Positions 45,262 to 58,054 of a DNA stretch of 64,000 nucleotides are shown piece after piece (position 1 is the stretch's first letter; each line of letters opens with the position of its first letter). Below the pieces are notes generated by a model, which was given only the letters and a program-made list of their open reading frames with translations, made no database searches and was not told the origin of the DNA. This DNA comes from Cyanophora paradoxa CCMP329 (Eukaryota; Plantae; Glaucophyta): contig QPMI01000190.1 in NCBI GenBank assembly GCA_004431415.1, forward strand, positions 1 through 64,000. The letters are read 5' to 3'. The position numbers and the translations under genes are program-made.

Positions 45262-47100
45262 TCAGGCCTTGAGGGACTCCTCGACGCGGCGGGCGGTTGG
45301 GAGGGCGGCGCTGGCGAAGCGCGGGGAGACGGGGGCCGGGGCCGGCGAGGCCTCGGCGTCGTCGTCGGACGAGGCGGAGGCGGAGGACGCCGCGAAGTCG
45401 AAGTCGACGACGGACTCGAGGGGGGGCATCTCGAGGAGCTCGGGCTCGGCCTCCTGCAGCTGGAGCAGCGCGTTGGTCTCGGCGACGGCGAGCCGCGCCT
45501 CGGCGACCACGCGCCCGTGCTCCTGCACGGCGGCCCCGAGCTGCTGCTCCCGGGGCGCCTTGGGCGACGCGCACGACGACGAGGGCGCCGGCGAGCACGC
45601 CCCGCTCGCCCCGCCCCCCTGCACGTGGCTCCGCAGCATCGCCCCCACTGCCCGAGCCTCAGCGCGGGTCCCCGGGCGGGCGGGCGGGAGGGGCGGGGCG
45701 GACGGTGGCGGAGGAGCTCCTCGCGCTCGCGGCGGCCGGAGCGGAGCTCGGCGGTGGCGCGCTGCAGCTCCCGCTGCGCCTCGGCCAGCTGCCGCCGCAG
45801 CTCCGCCGCCTCCTCCCCCGCCCCCGGGCCCGCCGCCTGCTCGCGCTCGGCGCCGGGGCGGGGGCGCGGGGCCTCGTCGAGGAGGCGCTCGGCCTCCTCC
45901 TTCTGCGCCTTCCAGTAGGTCGCCTCCTGCGCCAGCAGGTCCCGCTCCTTGGCCGACGCGAGCAGCTCGGCGGCGAGCAGGCCCAGCTCCTCGTCCCGCG
46001 CCGCCAGCGCCCCCCGCCACTCCACGTTCTCCTGCTCCAGCAGCTCCGCCAGCTCCAGCACCTTCCGGCTCTCCTCCTCCTGCGCCGCCCGCTGCGCCTC
46101 CATGCCCGCCCGCAGCTCCTCGATCCGCAGCCGCTCCCGCTCCGTCAGGGCCCGCTCCCGCTCGTGCAGCCGGGCCAGCTCGCCCACTGCGCGCTCGGGC
46201 TCGCCTCGGGCGGCTCGGAGGGGGCGGGGGCGGCGGGGAGGGCGCACGGGCGAGGAGGAGGTCGCGCTCGCGGCAGAGGAGGGCCCAGAGGCAGCCCGCC
46301 ACGCACTCGACCGCGCCCTTGGCGCCCCCGTGCCGCCCCGCACCCGCGCTGGCCTCCGAGCAGGCGCAGGCGCAGGCGTAGGAGGCGAGGTGCCGCGCGC
46401 TGGAATCCGCCCACTCCCGCATCTTCATGAAGCGCTCCCGGAGCAGCGGCCCCGCCGCCTGCACGCCGCCGCGCCCCGTCAGCGCTTCGCCGCGCCCCCT
46501 AAGCGGAGCGGAGCGCCGCGCACCGAGTCGACGCCGAAGAAGCCGAGGATGCCGCCCTGGGCGGGGCGCGGCGCCTCGGGGGCCGGCAGCGCCGCGGCGA
46601 GCTCGCAGGCCGCCCCCGCCATGAGCCGCCGCACCCGCTCGAAGATCGGCTCCACCAGCTCCGCCCCTGACGGACGCCCCGCGCCCCGTCAGCCGGCTTC
46701 GGGGGCGCGGGGGTCAACTCAGAGGGGTCGGACAGTGGTAGTATTTGGCGAGGACGGCGCCCATGCGCTCCTCGGCGGTGGAGGGCGGGCCGTCGTCGCT
46801 GGCGGAGGAGGAGCGCGCCGTCCCCTCGTCCGTGAAGAGCGCAGCGCCCCCGGGCGACGCAGGCGTCCCCGCCCCGTTCCGGCTCCTCCGGAGCCGCGCC
46901 GCCGACTCCAGCCAAGGAGGCGGCTGCAGGAAGACTATTACTGTTGCGTGCATGAATGGCTAGAAGCCGCGCACTCGTAGATGTTCATTCTCAGCTCATG
47001 GAGCGACACCTGCAACTTCTCCTTACTCAGGCACCCCAGCAGGCGGATCAGCAAATCATCTTGGTCCTGAAGATGCAGGTAGATTTGCAGATCGGGCTTG
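45262..47100 (-). CDS. Hypothetical coiled-coil protein (start unresolved)
   Basis: ELARLHERERALTERERLRIEELR..LLEQENVEWRGALAARDEEL..; several exons; stop at about 45262. Confidence 0.6.
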
Positions 47101-47418
47101 TCACCGCTAGACAGGAGCAGCCTGCGATGAAGAGGTCAGTGCCGCCTGCGGATGCCCAGAACCAGATCGCGGCCCGGGGGAATGGATGATATAAAGAGAT
47201 TGCAGCGGTTTGTGGCAGCCGCGCAGATCCCGGAGAGGTTCCGACTTGCAACGTGCTCGCCCCCAAGCGGTGCAAGCCGCGCCGGCTGGCGTTTATCCCC
47301 GGGCCCGATCGCGCATGACGCACTGCAGACTGTTGTCCATCTGGATCGAACGATGGGGTCGATGCGGAGCTTGACCGTCGGACCCGACGCGCTGGTCGAC
47401 GCCAGCAGTAGCTCCTGA

Positions 47419-49699
47419 GTGCGGCTGCTGCACCAGGAACGCTCTCAAAAGAGGCCGCGCCGCTCTGAACGCGTTCTCGGCCGGGCCGCCGCCTCGGAGC
47501 TCGACCCTGCTACCAAGACGAACTTCGTTCGCAATCAGCAAAACAACCGGCAGCAACTAAAGCAGGCTTTAAGCAATGAGCGCGTGCGAACGGTGTCGCA
47601 AGCGGAGCGCTAGCGTACCGGCCTTCACGGGGCCATGCGCGCCGGTATGCTCCGCTGGGCCGCGCAGCTTCTACGGCGCGCAGCTTCGTTCGGTGGCCAG
47701 CGCGTTCGATTCGGCCGTGAGGAGACGGCGTGAGCGCGGGGAGTGCGCGAGGTTGCAGGCAGCTCCAGCCGCGCACCTTCCGGTGCATGAGCGGCAGCCG
47801 ATCGATCATCAGCTCGCTGACCAGCGATCTGCAGGTAACGAAGGAGCTTCTTGAAGCTGAGGCGCGCGACGAGGAGGACAAGAAGGCGCTGTTCCAGTTC
47901 GGTCTGTGCCCGGCCCCGCGCCCCGCCCACACAAAGATCTAGCTACTAGGCGGATGCCAAACGAGCCGAAAACGCGAACTTGAGCTTACTCTCAGTGCGC
48001 AGGGCTCGAAAAGGGCCTGCTGCGGCCGGAGCATGAGGAGATTTGGCAGACCCTCACGAGCAACAAAGGTGAGGGCCGAGCGGGGACCCCCTCCCCCCCG
48101 CGCGCTTGGGACGAGCCGGCCGGGAGCGCAGGCAAGAAGATGTTCGAGGCGCTGGAGCAGCGGACGAGGCACGTGGTCACCCTCGTGGAGAACGTTCGTT
48201 CGCCCCCGAACCGGCCCCTCCCGCCCCGCGCCCCTCCCGCCGCGAGCTCGCTCGAGCGCGCCGCGGGGGCTGATGGCGCGCGGCAGCCGAACAACCCGAC
48301 GATCAACTGCGCGGGGATGATCCGCACCTGCGACGCCCTCGGCCTCCAGGTATGCCTCTCCGCCCCCGCTTTCTGCTTCACTTTACCCTGCCGTGCCTCG
48401 CGCGCTCTGGGGCAGGAGTTCCACATCGTGCAGCCGAAGTTGCTGATGAAGCGGCGCAAGTACCGCCGCACGGCCTTCGTGCAGATCGAAGACCTCACCG
48501 ACGACATCTCCTTCGGGCGGTCCGCCTCAGGGCCCCCGCCCCATCGCCCCCCTGCGCGCATGCACGGCTCACCCCCCCCCCCCCCCCCCCCCCCCTCTTC
48601 TCCTCTGGGGCAGGGTGACGAAGGGGGCGCACCAGTGGCTGGACATCCCGTTCCACGGGACGGTGGCGGAGGCGGCGGGGCAGCTGCACGGGCGGGGCTA
48701 CCGCATAGTGGCCGCCGCGGTGGACCCCGAGGCGCGGCCCCTCTCCGAGCTCGCCGGCTTCGAGCGCCCCACCGCCTTCTTCTTCGGTGCGACGCGCTGC
48801 CGGACCCAGCCGCAGCGCCAACAAGCGCGCCCTCTCCTATCTGCCACCCTGCACCATCCCTCGCCGCCCCGCCACCCTTTTCCTAGGCCTTCGAATTCTT
48901 CAGTGCCGCCCGGGCGGGCCGCGCTGCAGCCGGGCAGGCTTTAAGGCGCGCTCCGGCGCCTAAGACTCGGGGCGCAGGGAACGAGAGCAAGGGGCTCACC
49001 CCCGAGGCACTCGCCCTCTGCGACGAGAAGTTCTACATACCCCAGGTACCCCCCCCCCCCGCTCCCCCCTCCCCTCCCCCTTCACCCACCCACCCACCTT
49101 TCTTCAAATTCCCCCCCACCCCCCACCCCCCACCCCCCACCCTGAATCTTCTGCCGCAGTTCGGATTCGTTGAATGTGCGCGTGGGCTTTGACCCTATCC
49201 CGCCCGACGCCCCCGCCGCCGCCGCCGCCGCCGCCGGGGCCGCCGACCACCGACGCTGCGCAGCGATGAACGTGTCTGTCGCCTGCGGCATCGCCCTCGC
49301 GGTCCGCATCCCCGGCCCGCCGCCCACGGGGCCCGGCCGTCGCCCACGCGAGGCGCGCCGCGCTGACGCTGGCGGGGGAGCAGCACGGGCAGACGGAGGC
49401 GCGCCGGGCCGCCGGCGATGCCTACTTCCTCTCCCACGACGACAAGGCCGCCCTGTGCGCCCCGGCCCGAGCTCCGCGGGGGGGCGTGTGCACATCTCAC
49501 TTGTTCACTGAGCCACGCGGGGCGGGCCCCGGGCCGCCTCAGGATGGACGAGTGGCTGCGGCGCCTCTGGGCGAAGCGCACGACCCGCGGCATGCGCCAC
49601 GCGCACGCCGCCGCAGCAGCGGCGGCGGAGGCCGCCGGGGCGGCAGCCGCGGAGGAGGAGGAGGAGGAGCTTGAGCTCGAGCTCGAGGCGCAGTCCTAG
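47419..49699 (+). CDS. trmH: SpoU/TrmH-family tRNA (Gm18) 2'-O-methyltransferase (start unresolved)
   Basis: RTRHVVTLVEN..NCAGMIRTCDALGLQ, VTKGAHQWL, FFFG|NESKGLT..A..CDEKFYIPQ|FGFVES|MNVSVACGIAL. Confidence 0.85.
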
Positions 49700-52507
49700 T
49701 CCGCTGCAGCCGGCGGCCTGCCGCGCGCGGTGCCGCACTGATCTTGAGTTAACGTTGTCACTGTGTCCGAATTCCGACTCGGCGGCGAGTTTCAAGTTTG
49801 AATTACAAATGCGCACTCGCTGCTGGCCGGCATGGGCTAATGTCCTCCGGCCCGAGCCCGTTTGACTTAGTAACGCGTACTGTTGTACATGTGCCGCTTC
49901 GCAAATGACCTTCAAGGCTTGCCTAGTTGCATGCGCACTTGCCAAGTTGGAGCACACACTTAAGCTTTAATTTCAAACTCGGAATTCACTGAGTCATCCT
50001 CAGTCGAGTACTACTATCATAGTATAGCTATAGCTAGGCCATGCAATCGAGTCAATTAACTTGCTGGCCCAGTGGCAACGGGTTGGGGAATTCGAATTCG
50101 AATTCGAAATGTTGAAACTCGGAGAAAAGCCTTGAAGCGCGAGCTTCGGATGGTGCTCGAAGAAAAATTTGCAAAAGACCGTACTACTAGGCTACGGTGC
50201 GCATCACGGCGTGGACGGGATCCGGAGAGGCCGGGGTAGCGGATGGAGAGGGGGCCGGGGCCCCCGGCCACAACTTGCAAGTTCAACATAGGGCGACACA
50301 TGCGCGGAAGCGCGCACGCTGCGGGGCTTGAAATACCGTAGTACATGCGCGCACTGACTGGCTTTACACTTCAGTGCACAGCGACCTGACTGGAACTCTA
50401 TGATCATGAGCTGGACAACTGCAAAAATACGTCAAGTGCTTGACCTATTAGCTATAGGCTACTGAATTGCACAGTCCCTACGTAGTCTTAATTATAAGCC
50501 TCCTACGTAGTCACGCTGTGGAAAAGCATTGGGGAAGAATGAGCGGCGCGCGGTTGCCCGCCGCTCGCAAAATTACACGGGACCGCCCCCCGGGCCCGCG
50601 GCCGGCGCCAGCGTCGGCGCCGGAGTTGGGCGGCCTTTGATCACGGGCTGCGCTCGAGGGAGGGGCGGCGGGCCGGGATGGGGATCGGCACGGCCACGCC
50701 GCGTCCGGGCGGGGGCGAGAGGCGGGGCGGGCTGGGCGCGACGGCGGGGGCCGCCGCCGCCGGCCGCTGGAAGCGGAGGGCGGGCTTGTGCATGCGGGCG
50801 GCGGGGGCGGCGGGGGTGAGACCCTGGGCGGGCGGGGGCGAGGGGGAGGCGGCCTCCTCGTCGTCGTCGGGCTCGGCGTCGCCCGCGGCCTCGCCGCCCT
50901 CCTCCTCGAGGTCGCCCTCGTCCGAGGCCCGCGGCGACGCCAGCCGCGCCCCCGCCAGGAAGCCCCAGTCCGGCGTCCCCGCCAGCGGGAGCGGCGTCAC
51001 CACCGCCCCCGCCCCCTCCTCCAGGTCCATCCGGAAGACGCCGGCCGCTGCCCCCGCCTCAGCGCGCGCCCCAGGCGCGGGACGGAGAAAGCGCGGACCG
51101 ACTGAGGCGCTGTATAGGTCGCCGGGGGCGGCGGGGGCGGCCGGCGGAAGGGAGAGGGCGGGGAGCGAAGTCCTCCGCAGGCTCGCCTCCTGCCGCGGGT
51201 TCGGCGAGACCGCCGGGCACGACGCCCGCCGCGCGCCTCCCGGCAGACACTGCCGGCGGTGTGCATGTCAGCGCATGGAAGAAGGGGGGAGGGGGGGAGG
51301 AGATGTCGCACGGGGGACGCGGGGGGTGCGGCGCCGGAGGCAAGCGAGGCGATGGGCCCGAGGCGGGGGGCGGGGGGAGGGGAGCGGCTGAGGCCGCGCG
51401 GGCGGCGCTCGGCGTCGTCGACTTCGCGCCCGCTCAGCTCGACGGAGTAGCGCCGGCACGCGTGCGGCGAGAAGCCGCCCGCCAGCGACTGGCACGCGCA
51501 GTCGCACACCTGCGAGAACCACCAGAAGATTAGACTGGAGCAGACTATCGGCGACTAGAGCAGGTGGGTTGGAGCGTATGAGAGCAGAAAGTACCCAGTG
51601 CCTGGTGCAAAAGCGAGCGAGGGGGCGGAGGAGGAGGCCCAGCGATTCCTCCCCGTCGTCGAGCCCCTCGCAGTACCTCTCCACGAGGCCGAATATCGCG
51701 ACCGCGGTGAAGCGGTTCAGGCCGAGGGTCGGCGAGCAGAGGATTCGATGGAGAAGTGGCACTGGTAACCACGAGAAATCCTCCTCTTTCGCGAGGGCTC
51801 CCAGGTTGGCTGCCGAACACACGCAAATCAGCCACAGCAAAAAACACGTAGTTCTCATAGCAGGTGAACCTCCCACGCCTAAACAAGTTCCCCTCGACGA
51901 ACTGCAGCTGCGAGATCTAGACCCGGACCGCGCGCGCGCACCGGCAATGACGCCGATTTCAGAAGTGACGCATCGGCAGATGTTGAGGGAGAGGTCGGAG
52001 GGCCGGTGCGCCTCGTGATAAAGTTTCAGCAACAAAAACGCTCTTTGTGGCCGGCGTGGGTCGAGGAAGCTCACGGCACCCCAGCGCTCGCATCCCGCGC
52101 ATTGAGATCCCGTCGGCACAGAGAGATGAGGGGCAACCATCTCTTGATGTTGTTCCGCGGCTGCGGTGACACAATTGCAAGCGCTTGCTCGGGCGCCCTC
52201 TCCGCAGGCCTCCCCGTCACCGGCCCGCACTCCCGTGGTGCAAAGTCGTGCAAATATGCCGCTATGCGTTCTCTGGAAGCGCCCGGAGGACAGGGAAAGT
52301 CTTTTTGCGTTGCAAGCTGCGTGTGCCAGCCGGGTGCGCTCGGAATATAATGCGCTTGCGTGCGAGCCGGCCCCGTGAACAAGTGTCGTTCAATCTGAGG
52401 GCCGGCACCGTGCCAGCTGTCCGGGCCAATCCGCGTACCCGGGGGCGATTGGGGCCATTGGGCCCTATGCCGCAGTGCGCGTTGCTAGCTATAGCTGCTA
52501 TAGCTGC

Positions 52508-53840
52508 TGTGCGCGTAGGGTAAGTAGGCCTAGGTTTCGATCTCGAGCTTCGGTATTCGATTTCGATTTTCGACGTCACTTGCCTATCTGATCGAGAACC
52601 AGGACCCGAGATGCTCTCGGCGGGGGCTGTTTGGAGGCAAGTTATAGGGGTATAAGGGGGGGATTAACCCGGAGTCAGGTGGCGCGCCGAACTTTCCCGG
52701 AGTCAGGCATGGGGAGCAGTAATAGTGTTACATGGTGTGAGCCTCGAAGGCAGTGGGCATCTCATAATATAATGCATCGCAGAATGTACATATATAGCAG
52801 AAAGTACGTGCAAATTGGACTTGAAAATTGGACGCCCTGCCCTGCGGACTGCGGGCGCGCGCTACGGAGGCCATCTGCGGACGTACACTTCAGAGACCGT
52901 TGCGAGAGCCTTCCGGCCGCGCCGCCAGCTCACCTGGCCCAAAGAGCGAGGCCCGCCAGACGTCGACGGGCCGCGAGCAATCGATGCGCTTGGGCGCCCT
53001 GCGGACTGCGGGCGCGCGCGACGGAGGACATCTGCGGGCGGATAGCTCAGAGACCGTTGCGAGAGCCTTCCGGCCGCGCCGCCGGCTCACCTGGCCCAAA
53101 GAGCGAGGCCCGCCGGACGGGCCTCGAGCAATCGATGCGCTTGTGCGCCCTGCGGACTGCGGGCGCGCGCGACGGAGGACATCTGCGTGCGGATAGCTCA
53201 GAGACCGTTGCGAGAGCCTTCCGGCCGCGCCGCCGGCTCACCTGGCCCAAAGAGCGAGGCCCGCCGGACGGGCCCCAAGCATTTGATACGTTTGGCGCGT
53301 TCGATTGCGCGCCTCGACGTGCGCGCGCGCGACGCTGCTGTCTGGAAAGCTGTTTTGGCCCTTGGTGGGGGGTACGCTTGAGTCTTTCCGGCCTTTTTTT
53401 GGCCGCGCAAACGGGCGAGGGCGATCTCAGCTGCTGCCGCTCGTTAAGGACCACCGCTCGAGAATTCACTTCGTATAGTGCTCATCGTCATTTTCGGCGC
53501 CCAGGCCGCGCTCCGCGACCGCCCGGAAGCGAGTGTATGTCGATATGCAATCCCGAGGTCGCTTAGGACGCGTCTTTCAGCGGCGCTGGTCGGGGCTATG
53601 AGGTCCTTAGACTTGGGGCTATCCGGAAACTGGCGCCGTTACGCGGGCGTTGATGTCTCCGTCTCAGGAAGTTGGGTTCCGTTAGAAAAAAAAACCGAGA
53701 ACCCAGCGAAAACTAGAAAAAGTTATCGGATCCGAGACTATTACTATGTATTGAGCCCTTACGATTCGACCGGCGGCCCACTGCTAGCCAGACAGCTGCT
53801 AGGGCTAGTCCAGATGTCGTTGGTCGTGTCTGAAATGCAA
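52508..53840 (+). mobile_element. Short (5'-truncated?) copy of the SINE-like repeat carrying a second insertion (about 52591-53750)
   Basis: 11-bp direct repeat GCTATAGCTGC at 52497-52507 and 53841-53851; both arms match 40428-40582 and 45023-45037. Confidence 0.75.
52839..53297. repeat. Three tandem copies of a 151-157-bp unit
   Basis: GCCCTGCGGACTGCGGG starts at 52839, 52996 and 53147; units are near-identical. Confidence 0.92.
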
Positions 53841-54017
53841 GCTATAGCTGCCCAATTCGAGCGCGCGAGCGACTGGGCGACACGTTCTAGCTCCATGAAT
53901 AGGCTGGCGCGCGCCCATGGCCACGGCGCGCCGGAGCCGGCACCTTCACTCGGGTGAAGGAGCGCGCTTCGGGAGGCGGACTCGGAAGGGCAAGAGGGCT
54001 CGATGGCGTTGATAGCA

Positions 54018-57000
54018 TTACTTAGATAGGGGGGAGGGGATGGACTCGAGAGGGGGCCGGCCGGGCTCAGCCGGCGACGGGGACGAGAGCGAGGGGGCGG
54101 GCGAGGGCGGTGGGGCGGGGGCCTCGGGCGGGGCGTCCCGGAGGATCGGCGAGTCCTGGAACTTGGAGCGGAACGCCGCCAGCTGCGCACCGCGCGAGCT
54201 CAGCGTTGGCGCAAGCGGCGGGGCGGGGCGGGGCGGGGCGGGGCGGGGCGGGGGTGCCTTGCGGGCGAGGCGCTCGAAGGCGCGGGCCTGGGCGCGCATC
54301 TGGCGGGAGAGGCGGTCGCGCTCCTGCAGGAGGCGCTCCTCGTCCGCCCCCGTCGCCCCGGAGGCCACCGAGGGCGCCGGCGTCCCCGCCCGGCTCGCCG
54401 CCCCGGCCCGCCCTGCGGCGCGTCACCCCGGCCGGCCGCGGGGGTCGCCCCCGGGGGCACGGGGCGCACGGCGAGGAGCTCCAGGCGCTGCCGGAGGCTC
54501 CCGAGCTCCTCCTGCAGCCGCTCCTCCCTCCTCGCCTGCCCCCCAGCGTTTACCGGCGGCGCACGGCGGGGCGGCGGGGCGGGACGGGGCGGGGGCGGAC
54601 CTGGACGGCGAGGGCCGTCATCAGGCGCGATCGCTCCGCCCGGAGCTCCTCCGCCTCCGCCGCCGCCCTGCGCGCCCCGCCGCCCCGCGCTCGGCCCGCG
54701 CGGGCGAGGAAGAAGCGGGGGGCGGGGCGCCGGCACCGGTCGCGCTCCTCGGCGAGCTCGCCGATGCAGGACTCCTCGCGGGCGAGGGACTGCTGCAGCG
54801 CCGCGTTGTGGCTCCGCTGCTTCGCCAGCGCCGCCGCCGCCTCCGCCAGCTCCGCCTCGAGCTGCCGCACCCGCGCCGCGAGCTCCTCGCCGCGGCGCCG
54901 CTGCGCGGAGAGCTCGCGCCGCGTCTCCCGCGCCTCCTCCTCGGCGGCCGCGAGCGCCTCCTGCAGCTGCCCGTTGCGCGCGAGCAGCGCCTCGTCCGCG
55001 ATCGCCTCCACCTGCCCTCCCCGTCAGCGCGCCGCCGGCAGCGGCGGGGGCAGCTCGGGGGGCGGGGCGCCTCGCGGGCGGCGGCCTCCTCGTGGGCGCG
55101 GAGGAGGACGGCGAGCTCGTAGTTGCGCTCCTCGAGGGCGCGCTCGAGCTCCCCGTTGCGCGCCTTCAGCTCCGCCACCCGCGCCGCGAGCCCTGCCAGC
55201 TCCTCCCGCCGGCCCCGCGGCGTCACCGGCGGCGGCTGCGGCTGCGGCTGCACCGCGCGCGCCGCCGAGCCCGGGACGTGCCCGTGGGAGTGGGGGTGCG
55301 AGTGGGCGGCCTTGGGGGCGAGAGGGGCCCCGAGGGGCCTCGAGGGCGGCGGCGCGGGCCTCGAGGGCGGCGGCGAGGTCGGCGAGGCGAACGTTCTCCT
55401 CGGCGAGGCGGTCGACCTCGAGGAGGAGGCGGTCGCGCTCGCCGGAGACGGCGCGGAGGCGGGCGAGGGCAGCGAGGCCCGCCTCCGCCTCCCCGGGGGC
55501 CCCCTCCCACTGCACCCCGGCCTCCGCCCGCTCCGCCCCCGCCTGGCTCCACGCGTCCACGAACTCGCGCAGGAGGCCCGCCGCCGGCCGCCCCGCGGCG
55601 CCGGCGTCGCCGTGGCGGAGGTCCTCGAGCTCGGCGAGCTCGGAGAGGAGGGCGCTGCGGGCCTCGCCGGCGGCGCGCAGCTCCTGCTCCAGCCGGTAGA
55701 CCGCCGCCGCCGCCTCCTCGTGCCGCTGGCGCCACTGGAAGCCCTCCTCCATTGCCTTGGCCGAGGCCCGCGACTGCGCCCGCCGGCAGGTGAGGCGGGG
55801 AAGCGGGTGGGAGGGGGGCTGGGGCGGGGCGGGGCGGCGGGGCGCGTGCCTGCTCGGCGGCCTGGGTCATCATCTCGGCGTTCTCGTCGGTGAGCTGCCC
55901 GATCAGCCGCCGCGCCCGCGCCAGCTCCCCCTCCACCCACGCCTTCTCCTCCCCCAGCCGCTCGCTCTCCCGCAGCTCCCTCTGCAGCCAGCTCGCCAGG
56001 TCCTCCCCGTCCTCCTCCTCCTCCTCCTCCTCGCGGCCCCGCCGCCCGCCCCGCCGGCCCTTCCCAGCCGCCGGCGAGGGCGGCGGGGGCGGGTGCGCGG
56101 CTGCTGCGTGCGCGGCGGGGGCGGCGACGGGGCTGCCGGACCCTCCTGGAGCTTGCGGTGGGCTTCGGCGAGGGCGGCGCGGGCGCGCTGGAGCTCGGCG
56201 GAGAGGGCCTGCGCCTCGGAGGCCTTGCCCTGCAGCCGCCCCTCGAGCTCCTGGCGCTCGTGCAGCGCCTTCATGAGCGCCTCGCCCTGCTTGCGGGAGG
56301 CGGCGCCGGCGGCCGCGCGCTCGGCCTCGAGCTCGGCGATCGCGCGGTCGCGGGCGCCGAGGGCCTCCGTGAGGAGCGCCTTCTCCTCGAGCAGCTCCCC
56401 GATCATCGCCTCCTGTTGCGCCACCCGCCGCTCCATGCCCGCCCGCTCCTCCCCCGCCCGCTCCACCTCCCGCCCCGCCTCCCGCGCCTCTGCCCGCGCT
56501 CGGTTCCGCGCCTGCTCCGCCCGCTCGCAGGCCGCGCGCAGCTCCGACAGCGCTTCCGCGTCCTTCGCCCCGCGCAGCGCCGCCTGCCGGCCCGACTCCT
56601 CCAGCTCCGCGCAGCGCCGCTCCAGAGCCGCGCAGCGCTCACGCAGGTCCGCCGCCGCCGAGTCGCGCGTGGCCGCCAGCTCCCCCTCGAGCGCCGCCGT
56701 CCGCGCCGCCGCCTCCGCCACGCGCGCCTCCAGCGTGCCCCGTTCCCCCTTGCCCGGGATAAGGAGGGAAAAGGAAAGGAAAGAAAAGGGGCGGGGCGGC
56801 GGAGGCACCTGCAGGCGCTCGATGGTTGCCTGGCGGGAACGCAGCTCGCCCAGCAGTCGATCGATCTCCCGGTTCCGAATGTCGGTTTGCCTGCGTGGGG
56901 CGTTGGTGGGCGGGGCGGCGTGGGCGTTGGGCGTTCGGGGGGCGCACCGGCGGGATTCCTGCGCGATAATCTCCGCTTTCTCTCGCTCCCGCAGGACCGC

Positions 57001-57923
57001 GACGTCCAGGTCCCGCGGTCCGGGGCGCCCGCCCGCGGGTGGGCCTGCACCCGCCAGCCCGCTCGCAGATCGCGGGGACGCAGCGCCGGCAGTGCTCGCG
57101 GGTGGGGAGGGGAGAGGGGCGTCGGACTTCCGGGGGCTGGAGAGGCGCGGAACAGAGGGCGCGTGGGGTCGCAGGGGGTCGAATGGGGAGGGGGCTGGCG
57201 CGGGAGGGGCCCGCCAAGATGGCGACGAGGAGGAGGCGGGAGACGGCGGCGGACGGGCAGAGGGAGAGAGGCCGCTCCGCGACCCGGGAGGGGAAGCGAC
57301 GGGCGATGGCGTGGCTACGCGGGCGGCGGCCGGTTGGGGGGTGAGCACCCGGCCGCTGGAGCTGCCCGGCGGGGACGGGCCAGAGGTACTTGGGCGGCCA
57401 TCGTGCGAGGAGGAGGGTGATTGCGGGTGCCGCGCGTCGGGCGCGGAGACGCGTGCGGCTCCGGCGGAGGAGGACTGGAAGGGGTTGAGCGCTTGTGCGG
57501 AGGAGGCAGCGCCCGACGACGAAGGCGGGTGCAGAGGCGGAGTTGGTGCGCGAGCAATCTCCACGATGGAGGGAAGTGGTCCAGCGTCAGCGGCTCCGCT
57601 CCTTCGAGCGGCGGCTGGTTCGTCGGGAGAAGCTGACGCGGCGCGCTGCTTCGCTCGCTTCTGCCTGTACTCCTCAAGCTGCGCGGAATGTGGTGATTAA
57701 GGATCCGATGCGCCCGCTTCAAAGCTAGCCGCCCCAGGACGCGCCGGCGTGGACTCAGACATCGGGTCGGCCAAGGAAATAGCTCTAAATCATGCGGCGC
57801 GATGCGGGACCCTAAAGGACACGCTTATCGGGCGCGTACCTTCCGCCGCCCGACGCTCAGCAGCTCGGCCTTCTTCTCCGGAGTTCGCGCGACGCCCGCC
57901 CGGGCGGGAGAGCGACCGAGCAT
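54018..57923 (-). CDS. Long coiled-coil protein with a GM130/pericentrin/BLISTER-type N-terminal motif
   Basis: MLGRSP..KKAELLSVGRRK|LEEYRQKRAK, a Ser/Pro-rich linker, then extended heptad repeats. Confidence 0.65.
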
Positions 57924-58054
57924 TCTGGCACAGGCGCGATCTTCTAAGCGGCTCCGCGATGCATTCTGGGGCTTCGCGTCGAAAGTCGACTACTTTCGGG
58001 GGTACCGGAATACCCTGAAGTGCAGCGGCAAATGCTCCGCTGGAGGGGCCCGTC

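Larger units (their letters stand above)
50641..53896 (-). pseudogene. BACK-domain-like protein gene whose first exon is interrupted by a 1.3-kb insertion
   Basis: BACK-like ANLGALAKEEDFSWLPVPLLHRILCSPTL..IFGLVERY; removing 52508-53851 restores MELERVAQSLARSNWAAIA(AIA)SNAHCGIGPNGPNRPR|IERHLF in frame. Confidence 0.55.

Noticed and set aside
11485-49699. Functional cluster of organellar translation genes (PrmA, RsmJ, mTERF, TrmH)
   Set aside because: Interspersed with unrelated genes over 38 kb; no evidence beyond chance.
52839-53297. CRISPR-like array
   Set aside because: Units are near-identical along their whole length with no unique spacers; eukaryotic context; no cas genes.
52591-53750. 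Helitron classification of the inner insertion
   Set aside because: No CTRR 3' end, clear TIR or clean TSD; left unclassified.
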